IMG/VR virus record: IMGVR_UViG_3300037245_003366
Span: 1 to 49,813 of that record
Length of the DNA: 49,813 nt
Source of the DNA: a virus
Strand: one strand, 5' to 3'
Below the pieces are notes generated by a model, which was not told the DNA's origin, did no database searches, and saw only the letters and a list, made by a program, of their open reading frames with translations. Position 1 is the stretch's first letter. Every line of letters begins with the position of its first letter. Below, one piece after another: positions 32,380 to 41,965 of the stretch. The position numbers and the translations under genes are program-made.

Positions 32380-32975
32380 TAGGAACCTGCGAAAGCATAT
32401 AGAAGTTTAGAAAGTTCCTGGCAGATAGCGGAGAATTCTTGATCTTCATGGTCAGAGGGGTAGGAGAATTCTCGAAATAAGGTGTCGAAAGATATCGGAA
32501 GGGAGTAGAATTCCGGGATATGGGATTCTCGATTATCAGAGTAGATAAGGACAAGAGAGTCATCAGGGAAGTCCTCTCCCCAGGGTTCGCCATGGATAGG
32601 TATAAGAGGGTCAGATGTGAAATCAGGTTCAGGGTAGAGACGGTATGAGCGGGCTGTTATGATGTCTTGGGTATATGCAAGAGGATCACCGGAATCTGTT
32701 CGCCATGTTTTCGAGTATGCTTCGAGGTCGATTTCCGAGGCTTGAGAAAGAAGTTCATCAAACATTATAAGATAGATGGCTTTAAGCATATCAGTTTCAA
32801 AGGTATATTCAGATGTCCCGGAGGTAATTGCTTTAATTTTAGATTGAACAAAAGGAGGCGAAGGACGAATACCGAGTTCGTAAAATACATCATTTATAAA
32901 AGTATCAATAGTATCAGTTTCACTTAACTGAAGAGCGAGAGATTTCGCGAGTGTGAGTATTTCATCTCTTGTCAT
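32379..32975 (-). CDS. Virion neck/adaptor-like protein, member 3 of a loose paralog trio (198 aa)
   Basis: Signature ..YSKTWRTDSGDPLAYTQ....YRLYPEPD.. Confidence 0.35.
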   Translation of the reverse strand: MTRDEILTLAKSLALQLSETDTIDTFINDVFYELGIRPSPPFVQSKIKAITSGTSEYTFETDMLKAIYLIMFDELLSQASEIDLEAYSKTWRTDSGDPLAYTQDIITARSYRLYPEPDFTSDPLIPIHGEPWGEDFPDDSLVLIYSDNRESHIPEFYSLPISFDTLFREFSYPSDHEDQEFSAICQELSKLLYAFAGS

Positions 32976-33574
32976 GATAAGATACCTCGTTTTTGGAAGA
33001 GTTGGATTATTTCCTTGAGGCGTTTTGGAGAGGTCTTAACCTGACGGAAACGAGCGAGGAGGACAAGTTCAGCGAGATTAAGAGCTACATCGATGTCCTC
33101 AGAAGGGAGTTCGGAGGCAGTGTTGTAAGAAGCTTCGAAGTCAGTTTGGAGAGTGAGGAGTTTGACATATCGGATAGTAACGGAGGATGCAGCCGCCTGG
33201 CCTGGATAGAGGATTAGGATATCATGACCAATTTGATGCCATGCTTCGAAGCGAGTGCCTGTTATGTTGCGGAACCAGGTAGGCTCGAAGGCTGAAAGGT
33301 CGCCAAGAGTTTTACAAAGAAAGAGTTCGCGGTTGGATTCGAGGACTGAGACTATATTTGCTGCGTCGGGGATCTCATCTCGATAGTTGAAAAGTAGTTT
33401 TTCTTTTGGGGTTGTAAGGGAGGTAGAGGATATTACTTTACGGAGCTTGATGTTGGTGAGTTGTTCACAATAAGTGTATATTTTTGTAGCGAAATCCGGA
33501 TTAATAGCAAGGCCACCTTCCTGGCGTACTCGCCGCATGAGGATTTCGACTGTTGGGCCGATTTTTCTGGACAT
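32972..33574 (-). CDS. Virion neck/adaptor-like protein, member 2 (200 aa)
   Basis: Signature ..FEPTWFRNITGTRFEAWHQIGHDILILYPGQ.. Confidence 0.35.
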   Translation of the reverse strand: MSRKIGPTVEILMRRVRQEGGLAINPDFATKIYTYCEQLTNIKLRKVISSTSLTTPKEKLLFNYRDEIPDAANIVSVLESNRELFLCKTLGDLSAFEPTWFRNITGTRFEAWHQIGHDILILYPGQAAASSVTIRYVKLLTLQTDFEASYNTASELPSEDIDVALNLAELVLLARFRQVKTSPKRLKEIIQLFQKRGILS

Positions 33575-33591
33575 TTTTTCATCTCTTTTCT

Positions 33592-34542
33592 TTAAAGACT
33601 TCTATAATTATCAAATACATAATCATGTGCTGTTCGTTGATCACGTCTACGACCTTGAGAAGTTCGGAACATTGTAAGGATGAAGGTTATATCATCGGAG
33701 CCCCGAGAGGTACGGATCGCGTCTTTTATTACCTTTTTCCAAATGGTTCGTTGTCGAGCTTCATCGTTTGACCAGGAGTTTGCGGCTTCTATTTGGAGGT
33801 TACGTCGAGCAGCTGCTTTTTCATATCGATAGAGGTCAATCAGGACCCCTTCCTTGAGAGTGTAAGGATCAATTACAGCAGGGATAGTTGAGTTAGCCGT
33901 TAAAGTCGATGGCAAATTCCAATAGATATAATGAATAATCTCACTCTCTTCAGGTGGAGGGTAGATTTCGTATATGAGATTGTTGGAGGAGTCCGTACCG
34001 ACCTGGGCAACGTGAGTTGGAATGTTACCTACAAGTGTTCTACCTGGAAACATCAGAGAAAGGGAGTCATAATCAATCAATGCAAGAGATTCTCGAAGAC
34101 GTGTATGGTAGAAATCGCCTACCCAACGGGCGTTTGAGATGAGAGGATGGTGGCGTTTTACAATTTTGTAGGAACCTTCGGATATATCATCTTCTGCGAA
34201 TTCAGATTCAAGTACAAGGTTAGTTTCGTCAGTTATTGAGGCAATTTGATACCAAGCTGATTGAGCGCGGAAATAGTAATATTCTTGATCTCCAGAAGAT
34301 ATCTCTGTCTCGAAGGTTGTTCCGACACCGACAACAGCTGTCGAGCCGCGAGTTACTGTGATTGTGCCGGAATCTATTGGGGCAGGAAGGGACAACTCAC
34401 CAAGTTGGCGAAGGTGACGGAATTTGACTCTGGCAACCATTTCTTTATAACGATTATCGACCCATTTCCAAACGGCAGGTGCACCGGAGTCCGTAGCGAT
34501 TGAAGCGATTATGTCTCGGGTAAGCTCGTCTACGGTTGCCAT
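33592..34542 (-). CDS. Virion neck/adaptor-like protein, member 1 (316 aa)
   Basis: Signature ..GNIPTHVAQVG....LIYEIYPPPE.. Confidence 0.35.
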   Translation of the reverse strand: MATVDELTRDIIASIATDSGAPAVWKWVDNRYKEMVARVKFRHLRQLGELSLPAPIDSGTITVTRGSTAVVGVGTTFETEISSGDQEYYYFRAQSAWYQIASITDETNLVLESEFAEDDISEGSYKIVKRHHPLISNARWVGDFYHTRLRESLALIDYDSLSLMFPGRTLVGNIPTHVAQVGTDSSNNLIYEIYPPPEESEIIHYIYWNLPSTLTANSTIPAVIDPYTLKEGVLIDLYRYEKAAARRNLQIEAANSWSNDEARQRTIWKKVIKDAIRTSRGSDDITFILTMFRTSQGRRRDQRTAHDYVFDNYRSL

Positions 34543-34839
34543 TTAGTTGCCTTCAAGTTTTCGTAGCTTGTCTAACTGCTTCCTTAACGCCCTACTTCCT
34601 TTAATTTTTTTAGAGGCTATGTCTTTCATTCCTGTTCTTCCCCTTGTTTTTTTAAGTCTTTTCTTAATATCTTTTATGGGGTCTTCTGCACTCGCATATT
34701 TTTTAAGTTTTTTATTTCTCCGTTCACGTTTAAATTTCTTAATCCTACTTTCAGTAGACTCTCCAGGCATACCGTTCTTTTTATCTTTCCCTTCAGAAAG
34801 ATCCATTGAGGATTTTAATAACCGTTTCAGCATAGCCAT
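34543..34839 (-). CDS. Extremely Lys/Arg-rich protein (98 aa)
   Basis: ..RIKKFKRERRNKKLKKYASAEDPIKDIKKRLKKTRGRTGMKDIASKKIKGSRALRKQLDKLRKLEGN. Confidence 0.5.
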   Translation of the reverse strand: MAMLKRLLKSSMDLSEGKDKKNGMPGESTESRIKKFKRERRNKKLKKYASAEDPIKDIKKRLKKTRGRTGMKDIASKKIKGSRALRKQLDKLRKLEGN

Positions 34840-34840
34840 T

Positions 34841-35059
34841 TTATCGCCTTTTATTCATTCGATGCGTTTGAATCCCTACTTTACGTGGTATTTCCTCCCG
34901 ATCCGTCGAAGCATAACCTTCAAGTTGGGAAGTTGAGAGAGTCTTATCATTAAAAAGAAGTCTCGAAGCTCCCTTTAAATCCTCCTTTGGAATCTTACCT
35001 TTTCGAGCTTCAAGAGCAATTTCGAAAGCTGTTTGCTGTTTTTCACTTTTTTCCGGCAT
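34841..35059 (-). CDS. DUF3008-like small protein (72 aa), tentative
   Basis: ..QQTAFEIALEARKGKIPKEDLKGASRLLFNDKTLSTSQLEGYASTDREEIPRKV. Confidence 0.35.
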   Translation of the reverse strand: MPEKSEKQQTAFEIALEARKGKIPKEDLKGASRLLFNDKTLSTSQLEGYASTDREEIPRKVGIQTHRMNKRR

Positions 35060-35249
35060 CTTTGGTTTTTCCTTTCTTTTTCACTTCCACCGTATCATCA
35101 GGATCACCAATCAAACCATCCGGATCTTTCAATTGAGCAACAAAAATTGCAACCGTACTACGATTTTTCGTTGGAACTTCATCGAGTTGTAAACTACCCG
35201 ACATGACCATATTTGCTAATTTCTTTGGATCTTCATTAAGTAAATTCAC
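35043..35249 (-). CDS. Hypothetical protein (68 aa)
   Basis: ORF in the late array. Confidence 0.45.
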   Translation of the reverse strand: MNLLNEDPKKLANMVMSGSLQLDEVPTKNRSTVAIFVAQLKDPDGLIGDPDDTVEVKKKGKTKDAGKK

Positions 35250-35262
35250 TTTAATTCCCCCT

Positions 35263-35472
35263 TTATCTTACACCGCTTATTAAATTAGCTTTAACCATAC
35301 TGTTATCAGAACCATGAACCTTTTTTATCTTCCGTTCCAAAAAGGCTGCTTTATCAGCATCTTCTTCGTTTCTGAAGGAAGTCGTACCCCATTTGTCTTG
35401 AATTACTCTATCAACACGAGTACGGGTTTTGCCTTTTGGTTTGGCATCTTTTATGATTACCGTAATTCCCAT
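35263..35472 (-). CDS. Hypothetical basic protein (69 aa)
   Basis: ORF in the late array. Confidence 0.45.
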   Translation of the reverse strand: MGITVIIKDAKPKGKTRTRVDRVIQDKWGTTSFRNEEDADKAAFLERKIKKVHGSDNSMVKANLISGVR

Positions 35473-35681
35473 TAAGCTTCCTCTCCAGGCATCGTTTCTT
35501 CTTTCTCATCGCGTAACCATCCCCAAGGTGCAATTCCCAATCCCACACAAGAAGGACAATCAATCTGAGTACTATCAGGCCGGTTATTTTGACTTTGAAT
35601 TGAACCAGAAGGATCTCGATACTGAATACCTGTACCAGAACAGTCCCGACAATCTCGGTATATTCTCTGGCCTGCTTGCAT
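35472..35681 (-). CDS. DnaJ-type zinc-finger protein (69 aa)
   Basis: Two CxxCxGxG units: CRDCSGTG and CPSCVGLG. Confidence 0.55.
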   Translation of the reverse strand: MQAGQRIYRDCRDCSGTGIQYRDPSGSIQSQNNRPDSTQIDCPSCVGLGIAPWGWLRDEKEETMPGEEA

Positions 35682-35693
35682 AACAGCCTCCTT

Positions 35694-36638
35694 TTAAGTC
35701 AGTATTGTATCAGCACCATAACAATTTGAGTTAAGTACTGTACCAACTAAACCCATACAAACGGCTTCGTCAGCAGTATCATGTGCGAATCTACAATCTG
35801 AAACAATACCTGTACCAGCAGTACCAACAAATTGAATAAAAATATTAGGTGCTCCGCCAGTAGGTAATGCATGATTGAATCTGCAATTGTCAATTACTAT
35901 GTTTTTACAATCAGAGACTCGAATATCATTGGCCCAATCGGATGCCTGACCCCAAAAGTCACAGTCACGAATCATAGACGCTCTTATTGCCTGTAAAGCA
36001 GAGCCTAATACGACCCCAACCCCACCTTCCTGAAAGATGCAATGTTGAATTGTCGCCCAATGAACCGAATCAAGATGGACGGAACCATAAGGAGCGGCAG
36101 TATCGACAAAATCCTTAAAGCCGCAGTTACTTATCGTGAGTCCGTAAACTTCATTATTAGCAGCATTGGTTGCTCCGATACCGCCTCCGAGTGAGCCCGT
36201 GATAGCTTTCACCATTACGTTCTCGATAGAAACTCCAGGAGCCTGAACTAGAATCGTTGCAGCCGTACTCCCCACATCAGGTTCAATAGCGCATTGAATA
36301 TTCGCGCCCCATCCTCTTCTACCTCCGCCGCCTGTACCAATTAAACTCAAACCAAGCAAGGCATTATCGATAATCACACTACCGGAATAATACCCATGCG
36401 TGTGATATGCACCAACTGCGATTGCGCGAGGTCGTAAGAAGATAGTATCTTGAAGTCCAGCAGCATCAACAGCTTCTTGAATTGTTTTTTTCGCTTTCTC
36501 TGGGGCATTCCCTTCATTGCCCGCCAATCCTTCAATATCATCAACATACCACACATCATTGCCAAACCAACCAGCATATCTGTTGTTCGAAACTGGTACG
36601 CCACCAAACTCTTTTACTTGATCACCAAAAGTCGTCAT
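35694..36638 (-). CDS. Right-handed beta-helix (pectate-lyase-fold-like) protein without a signal peptide (314 aa)
   Basis: ..AKKTIQEAVDAAGLQDTIFLRP.. is followed by repetitive G/N/I/V-rich coils (..ISNCGFKDF.., ..IQHCIFQEG.., ..IRDCDFWGQ.., ..IDNCRFNHA.., ..VSDCRFAHD..). Confidence 0.55.
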   Translation of the reverse strand: MTTFGDQVKEFGGVPVSNNRYAGWFGNDVWYVDDIEGLAGNEGNAPEKAKKTIQEAVDAAGLQDTIFLRPRAIAVGAYHTHGYYSGSVIIDNALLGLSLIGTGGGGRRGWGANIQCAIEPDVGSTAATILVQAPGVSIENVMVKAITGSLGGGIGATNAANNEVYGLTISNCGFKDFVDTAAPYGSVHLDSVHWATIQHCIFQEGGVGVVLGSALQAIRASMIRDCDFWGQASDWANDIRVSDCKNIVIDNCRFNHALPTGGAPNIFIQFVGTAGTGIVSDCRFAHDTADEAVCMGLVGTVLNSNCYGADTILT

Positions 36639-36710
36639 GATACTTTTCTCCTTTGCCCTGTCCCTTTCGGTTCACCGATACGAGGATTCAGCAACAGCGG
36701 CACTTTTATG

Positions 36711-36747
36711 GCGTAGGAAGTTACGCCCTCGTAAAAAGCTCCTACGC
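36711..36747 (-). other. Long compound stem-loop just downstream of the major capsid gene
   Basis: Outer stem GCGTAGGA/TCCTACGC, inner stem TTACG/CGTAA. No U-tract. Possible attenuator or RNA-stability element. Confidence 0.4.
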
Positions 36748-36759
36748 AAATAAGATTAA

Positions 36760-37656
36760 TTAACCTGTTGAACCATCTGCACCCCTCCATGCGCCGTAAC
36801 CGGATACGTGGCGTTGGTAGGTGGTGGCAATTGCGTTTTTGGTAAAAGGGTCATCAAACATATCGAAGATCGGATAATCTCTCCAAAGGAAATTCAAGTC
36901 ATGGACACCTTTCGCACCTAAAAGAAACCAATACGTTGAAGTAGTAAGATAATGAGATACCATAAAGGAAAGATCATCATCTACCAGAGCATTGATTTCG
37001 TTATTCGCTGTATAAGGTTTCCCGGAACTTCCAAGGATTTCCCGAGCTGTAAATTTATTAGCGGATGCAACAACCGCCATCACAGGGGCCATGAGCCGCG
37101 GGAGGTTACGTTCATCTGTCTGATCTTCGAAACGGGTTATGGAATTCTGAATACCCGTAATTGACAAACCAATATCAGGATTCGGACGGTTTGCGCGATC
37201 TGTACCGTCGAGACCGGTATGGCCTGTTGAGCAAAGAGATTCAGCAGATGTAAAACCGACGAATGAAGTAGAAAAAGCATTATTAAGAACACTCCACGCA
37301 GATACTTCTTCCCGGTTACGTCCGGCTGTTGCGAGGCAACGAACCATTTCCTGCATTACACCATAAAGCTCATCCCGCCATGCTTCCCAGGTTATCTCGA
37401 CTGCAAGACCATAGGGAGTTGCGGTGTATGTTTTCGTTCCGCCTGTGATTATTTGGTCGAAGGTAAACTGAGTTCCTTCCGGTTTTTCCGGTTGTGTACC
37501 AAGTCCGGATACCTGATAATCAGAGACAGGGTTCCATTCCATATCTTGTACATTAAATACCAAAGGATATTCTTTTGGCCTTTCTTTTCCTTTCTCAATA
37601 TATACCTGTCGAAGATCGGGAGCGAGTAAGGCTGCAATTGAACCTCTTGTGATCAT
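36760..37656 (-). CDS. Major capsid protein (HK97-fold type, 298 aa)
   Basis: Size, strong SD (AAAGGAGG) and position after the scaffold and decoration genes. The pattern ..GTKTYTATPYGLAVEITWEAWRDELYG....REEVSAWSVLNNAF.. is typical of HK97-like coat proteins. Confidence 0.75.
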   Translation of the reverse strand: MITRGSIAALLAPDLRQVYIEKGKERPKEYPLVFNVQDMEWNPVSDYQVSGLGTQPEKPEGTQFTFDQIITGGTKTYTATPYGLAVEITWEAWRDELYGVMQEMVRCLATAGRNREEVSAWSVLNNAFSTSFVGFTSAESLCSTGHTGLDGTDRANRPNPDIGLSITGIQNSITRFEDQTDERNLPRLMAPVMAVVASANKFTAREILGSSGKPYTANNEINALVDDDLSFMVSHYLTTSTYWFLLGAKGVHDLNFLWRDYPIFDMFDDPFTKNAIATTYQRHVSGYGAWRGADGSTG

Positions 37657-37684
37657 TTGTAATTCCTCCTTTTAAATTAACGAC

Positions 37685-38167
37685 TTAAGTCTGTGCGCCG
37701 TATACACTATCGATGAAAGTAACTTCAACCAATGCGAGATTATCGCCGATAGTATCAATGAATCTCGTTATGAGAACTGCAACATCAGATGTATCAGCCT
37801 GGTTGATGTACCAGGTTCCTGAAGTTCCTTCCAGTGATATACCATAAGCAAGATAACGATCAGTGATAGCACTGGTATAATCACCACCTGTATCACCGGT
37901 TCCTAATCTCATACTGAAAAGGACCCCTGGTAAAACTGGATGAATTAAAGCAGTTAATTTACCACTTACGGCGGCTTCCATAGCTATTCCTACAATTGTC
38001 CCTGTTGTTGGGCCGTCAGCAGCTTCAACAGCAAGACCGCTTGTCATGATAATAACAGCACCTTTTAACCAGGTTGTTCCGGTGGCTTTAACAACCTCTA
38101 TAATTGGAATAGGATTTCCATTGATCATTCCAATTGCTTTAATATGGTCGTTGACAGTTAATGCCAT
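37685..38167 (-). CDS. Head decoration-like protein (DUF2190 / gpD-like pattern, 160 aa)
   Basis: ..LKGAVIIMTSGLAVEAADGPTTGTIVGIAMEAAVSGK..; immediately upstream of the capsid gene. Confidence 0.5.
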   Translation of the reverse strand: MALTVNDHIKAIGMINGNPIPIIEVVKATGTTWLKGAVIIMTSGLAVEAADGPTTGTIVGIAMEAAVSGKLTALIHPVLPGVLFSMRLGTGDTGGDYTSAITDRYLAYGISLEGTSGTWYINQADTSDVAVLITRFIDTIGDNLALVEVTFIDSVYGAQT

Positions 38168-38223
38168 TTTTTACTTCCTCCTTTTTTGTTGTTAAATAAC
38201 ATCAATAATTCTCTTTCTACCGT

Positions 38224-38252
38224 ATTTTAAAGCTAATATACCTAAAAAGCAA
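38224..38252 (-). promoter_or_regulatory. Candidate promoter TTGCTT-17-TAAAAT upstream of the decoration and capsid genes
   Basis: Minus strand reads cTTGCTTtttaggtatattagctttTAAAATacgg, in the 88-bp gap 38168..38255. Confidence 0.35.
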
Positions 38253-38255
38253 GTT

Positions 38256-38960
38256 TTATTTAATTGGTACTCCTGGGATGGTATCTCCTTGTGCGAGTTT
38301 GTTGCCAAGAGTATGCCGGGCGGTTGATTTGGCTGCTTTACGCATTGCAGCGGCATTGATTGCGCTAGATTCAACACGTTTTTGGATATTGGGTGGAAGC
38401 CCTCCGGATGATTCCGTGTGTACCTTTGGGAATATATCAGGATGTTTTGCGGCAATTTCATGAATTTCAGCTTCTACGCCGTATTGCTGTCGGAGACGTT
38501 TAGTTTTCTCGCGTTCCATGAGAAGGACATATTCATCCATACGAAGGTGCATGAGAATTACATCACCTACACGGATGGTATTGTCTTCCTTACGGAGGTG
38601 AACAGCGTCGGGGAAATCTTTGACATTGGATACCTGCCAACCGTCAGCTTTTGCTTCCCACACTTTTGTTCCGTGTTGGTTTATATAATTCACCCATTTT
38701 GTTTTGTAAACAGGATGGTCTACGCCAATTGAAAGGAAGTCTTTCCGTATCATTCCTTGAATCTCACGGTCAGGTTTGAAAGCTTCAGGATTTACGGCTT
38801 CTTTATCAGGGCTGATTGTCTCGGCCTTTTCCTGGAGATTATCTTCACGGATTGCCAGTTCTTCTTCACGTTTGTAACCGGCAGGTGGGAGATTTGGTTG
38901 AATTGTTCCGTTTACCGTTCCCTTATTTAATTCTTCCGTTGTAAATACTTGATCATCCAT
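38256..38960 (-). CDS. Hypothetical head-module protein (234 aa)
   Basis: ORF between the scaffold-like and decoration genes. Family not recognised. Confidence 0.5.
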   Translation of the reverse strand: MDDQVFTTEELNKGTVNGTIQPNLPPAGYKREEELAIREDNLQEKAETISPDKEAVNPEAFKPDREIQGMIRKDFLSIGVDHPVYKTKWVNYINQHGTKVWEAKADGWQVSNVKDFPDAVHLRKEDNTIRVGDVILMHLRMDEYVLLMEREKTKRLRQQYGVEAEIHEIAAKHPDIFPKVHTESSGGLPPNIQKRVESSAINAAAMRKAAKSTARHTLGNKLAQGDTIPGVPIK

Positions 38961-39766
38961 TATTCATCTCCTCCTTCAAAATATCCTTTTCCGGTTTTTT
39001 CGTAAAAATCATCCCATCCTTTGTATCCGATACTTTTATAATGTTCATCAGGAGTTCTACCTGCCATTTTAAGAGCCGCCATTGTGTCTTTGCCGAGGAC
39101 ATCTACAGGTTTAGGGGTGTCAGGGTTGCCGGTATCGACTGTTCGGGAATTGGTATTTCCCGGAATAAGAGTAGGATCATCAGCAGCACTTCGAAGGATC
39201 TCTTCTTTTTTGAGGTCGGTTATTTTGTCGATGTTTTTACCGACTGCCATTTCATATGCAAGTTTCCGAGTGGCAGGTTGCATACGTGATTCAGCAGGAA
39301 GGTTTGTAAGAGACGCTTCGTAATCCTCCTTTACCGTATCATAATAAGGCATATTACCTCGGGTCATTTCAGCAGAAAGCTGGTCAATTGTCTGGACTCC
39401 AGCAGACATAGCAGGATCGATGTCTTCTGATTTAATGACAAGACGTGTCCGGGATGATGTAAGAGAGTCGCGTTTTGAAAGAAGTCCGGATATAGGCTTT
39501 TCGTCTTTAATTGCTGTATCTATCTCGACTCCTAATGCATTGATTTTAGTATCGAATTCTGATACTTGCTCGGCGAGGGTAGGACCAGCGGGTATAACCG
39601 GCGCAACAGGAGCTTGAGGCTGAAATTGTCCTCCTCCTCCGCCTTTATCAAATGCATCAAGTTTGGATTTAACGGCATCCCAATCCTCTTGTTTGATTAC
39701 GATTCCTTCTGGGGCAGGTGTTACAACCGGTTCTCCTGTCGTAGGATCAATTACGGGTTCTGGCAT
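38960..39766 (-). CDS. Scaffolding-like protein (268 aa)
   Basis: Position after the portal; helical, charged, low-complexity N-terminus. Confidence 0.45.
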   Translation of the reverse strand: MPEPVIDPTTGEPVVTPAPEGIVIKQEDWDAVKSKLDAFDKGGGGGQFQPQAPVAPVIPAGPTLAEQVSEFDTKINALGVEIDTAIKDEKPISGLLSKRDSLTSSRTRLVIKSEDIDPAMSAGVQTIDQLSAEMTRGNMPYYDTVKEDYEASLTNLPAESRMQPATRKLAYEMAVGKNIDKITDLKKEEILRSAADDPTLIPGNTNSRTVDTGNPDTPKPVDVLGKDTMAALKMAGRTPDEHYKSIGYKGWDDFYEKTGKGYFEGGDE

Positions 39767-39769
39767 TTA

Positions 39770-40018
39770 CTACTCCTTTCTTGACTCGTCAAAGCCAATT
39801 TGTGATTGTTTTTCTTTCATTTCTACCATTAATTTTTGTCTTATTTTATCATATGCTCCCATCTCAACACCTATTTCATATATTCGATCTTTTCCTTCTC
39901 CTTTATTAACAGCTTTTAAAAGAGCTTTTACAAGGCTTTTCTCAACTCCCACAAAGTAATTCTCAAAATCCTGAAATGCTTGAGCATTTGTTGAGAGATA
40001 TTCTATCCAAAAGCGCAT
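39770..40018 (-). CDS. Hypothetical protein (82 aa)
   Basis: ORF directly after the portal gene. Confidence 0.5.
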   Translation of the reverse strand: MRFWIEYLSTNAQAFQDFENYFVGVEKSLVKALLKAVNKGEGKDRIYEIGVEMGAYDKIRQKLMVEMKEKQSQIGFDESRKE

Positions 40019-40030
40019 GGTTTATCCTTT

Positions 40031-41899
40031 CTATTGCATTAATCTTGGTGTTAATTCTGCTGGCGGTGGACCGCCTTGTCCAAGAAGACCGAGAAGTTGC
40101 ATAATAGCCTGTTGATCTCCGCCACCCTCTGAGAGGGAATTAAGCTCCTGGTCCATTTCTATTATAAAGGTTGCAGGATCTCGCATTTGATCGAAGGTAC
40201 GAATTGTCCGATCTATCATCTCTCCTGCGCTATTTGCTATTTTCCGAGCTACATCACGAACTTCCGGAGGAGTTTCCGGATTAGCTGCGAGAGTTACAAG
40301 TTCAATTGTTCGTTGGTAGTATTGTGCGAGTATGTTTGTGAGTAAGACAGCATTTTGACGGTCAGCTTCACGGTTGAGAGAAGCGGAAGCAGCTGTTATT
40401 TCTGTTGTAACTTGCTCGTCGAAAGATGGATTTTTGAGAAGGGTGATTACTTTCATTCCATCATCATATCCAAGAATGTTCATTATTGTGGCTTCTGCTT
40501 GTTCTCCTTGTTGTCCACCTTTGAGAAGAATTTCCTGGTAGCGGTAGAGAGCTTGTGAGAGAGAATTAGATATACATATCCTCATACCATCAAAAGCCGG
40601 AACAAATCGTCTATTCACTTGTTGAAGAAAGGAAGTAGCTGTCACGCCAGGAGTACGAGAGGGAATTTTATTTGGTTGAGAGATGTCATTTATCCCTACA
40701 CGCTGGTTTGCGAGTTGCATTGTGATCATTTGATCCTGCCAGATGGAGGAATATACATCACCCATTTCGAGAGCTTTAAGGTCTTCAGAAGGATTAGGAG
40801 TCTGAATATACTTCCCAGGCCACATTTTCATGGTTTCCGGGAGTCCCTCAGAACCTACCCATACACGAGAATTTGCAAGGAGGATGTTGAGAGTTGCGAA
40901 ATTATGGACATCCGATAACTTATCCTCATAAGGAGCCATCATTTGCATTACACCGAGGCCGTAGAACATGTGAGCCCGGAGTTGGTAGACCATTTTTTCA
41001 AGCGGCCGACGATCCATTGGGTTGTATTGGATGGATACTATCTTACGGCCTGAGTGGTTCCAGACTATTTTAAGGTCTTCGTTTATTCCATCACCATCGA
41101 TGTCATAAAAGCAATATACATCTATCAAATCATAAAGTGTATTCTTACGATTTCCCGGTTCTGAATACCTTCCGAGACGTTCACGTTCCGATCTCACCCA
41201 ATCCTTCGCGCCTATTGGTTGAATTCCTTCGATGTTCCATTTGTTTACGGAAGCGAGAGCCTGGATTTCGTTGAGGGTTTTGTAAAAGCGTATCCCAACA
41301 AGAGGGAGTTCTTCTATATTATCTACGCTGCCAACTGTTACAATGCAATCTTCTACCGGGATGCAATAGAAACGTGGACCGGCTGAGAGGACTTTGGCGG
41401 TTTTTGTCTTCTTGGTCTTCTGGACATATGGGGTGTATATGAGGGCTGTTCCGAGTTGGATATCTTCTAGGATTGCAGTCTCAGCAGCTTGGCGGAGGTT
41501 TGCATCCTTTGAACCTGCTATCCAATTGACGAAGCGTTGGAGGGCTTTTCCTTGCTCTACAACGGTATCATCGTCTTTTAATTTCGGAACAGGCCGGACG
41601 GTAGCCAAAGGGGTTGTGTTAAAGATAAGATCAATTGCCTGGGCGTAGATGGTATCGGTTGCGATTGCTCCAACTGTGACTTCAATATTCGGGGCATTTT
41701 CTACAGGGATATCTCGGGAGGTGAGTTTAGGAACTCCCTCATACATACGAAGAGATTCTCTCCAAATTGCTTCAAGAGGTTTGCGAGCCGATGAATAATC
41801 TTCAATTTCGGTGTAAATCCAATCAGAGAGAAATTGCATGGTATCTCCGGGGATTTGGAGAATTTGCTTTTGCTGGTGTTTTTGAAGATATTGAGGCAT
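40031..41899 (-). CDS. Portal protein (622 aa)
   Basis: Size and position at the head of the scaffold-capsid module; N-terminal ..LEAIWRESLRMYEGVP.. An alternative start is M21. Confidence 0.7.
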   Translation of the reverse strand: MPQYLQKHQQKQILQIPGDTMQFLSDWIYTEIEDYSSARKPLEAIWRESLRMYEGVPKLTSRDIPVENAPNIEVTVGAIATDTIYAQAIDLIFNTTPLATVRPVPKLKDDDTVVEQGKALQRFVNWIAGSKDANLRQAAETAILEDIQLGTALIYTPYVQKTKKTKTAKVLSAGPRFYCIPVEDCIVTVGSVDNIEELPLVGIRFYKTLNEIQALASVNKWNIEGIQPIGAKDWVRSERERLGRYSEPGNRKNTLYDLIDVYCFYDIDGDGINEDLKIVWNHSGRKIVSIQYNPMDRRPLEKMVYQLRAHMFYGLGVMQMMAPYEDKLSDVHNFATLNILLANSRVWVGSEGLPETMKMWPGKYIQTPNPSEDLKALEMGDVYSSIWQDQMITMQLANQRVGINDISQPNKIPSRTPGVTATSFLQQVNRRFVPAFDGMRICISNSLSQALYRYQEILLKGGQQGEQAEATIMNILGYDDGMKVITLLKNPSFDEQVTTEITAASASLNREADRQNAVLLTNILAQYYQRTIELVTLAANPETPPEVRDVARKIANSAGEMIDRTIRTFDQMRDPATFIIEMDQELNSLSEGGGDQQAIMQLLGLLGQGGPPPAELTPRLMQ

Positions 41900-41926
41900 T
41901 TAATTATCCTTTAAAAGCTATACGTT

Positions 41927-41950
41927 TTAAAACAAGGCTGCCACTCAGCC
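41927..41950 (-). terminator. Candidate intrinsic terminator after the signal-peptide gene block
   Basis: Minus strand reads GGCTG-agtgg-CAGCC then TTGTTTT, 16 nt after the stop of the 818-aa gene. Confidence 0.35.
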
Positions 41951-41965
41951 ATTATCGAACTATTT

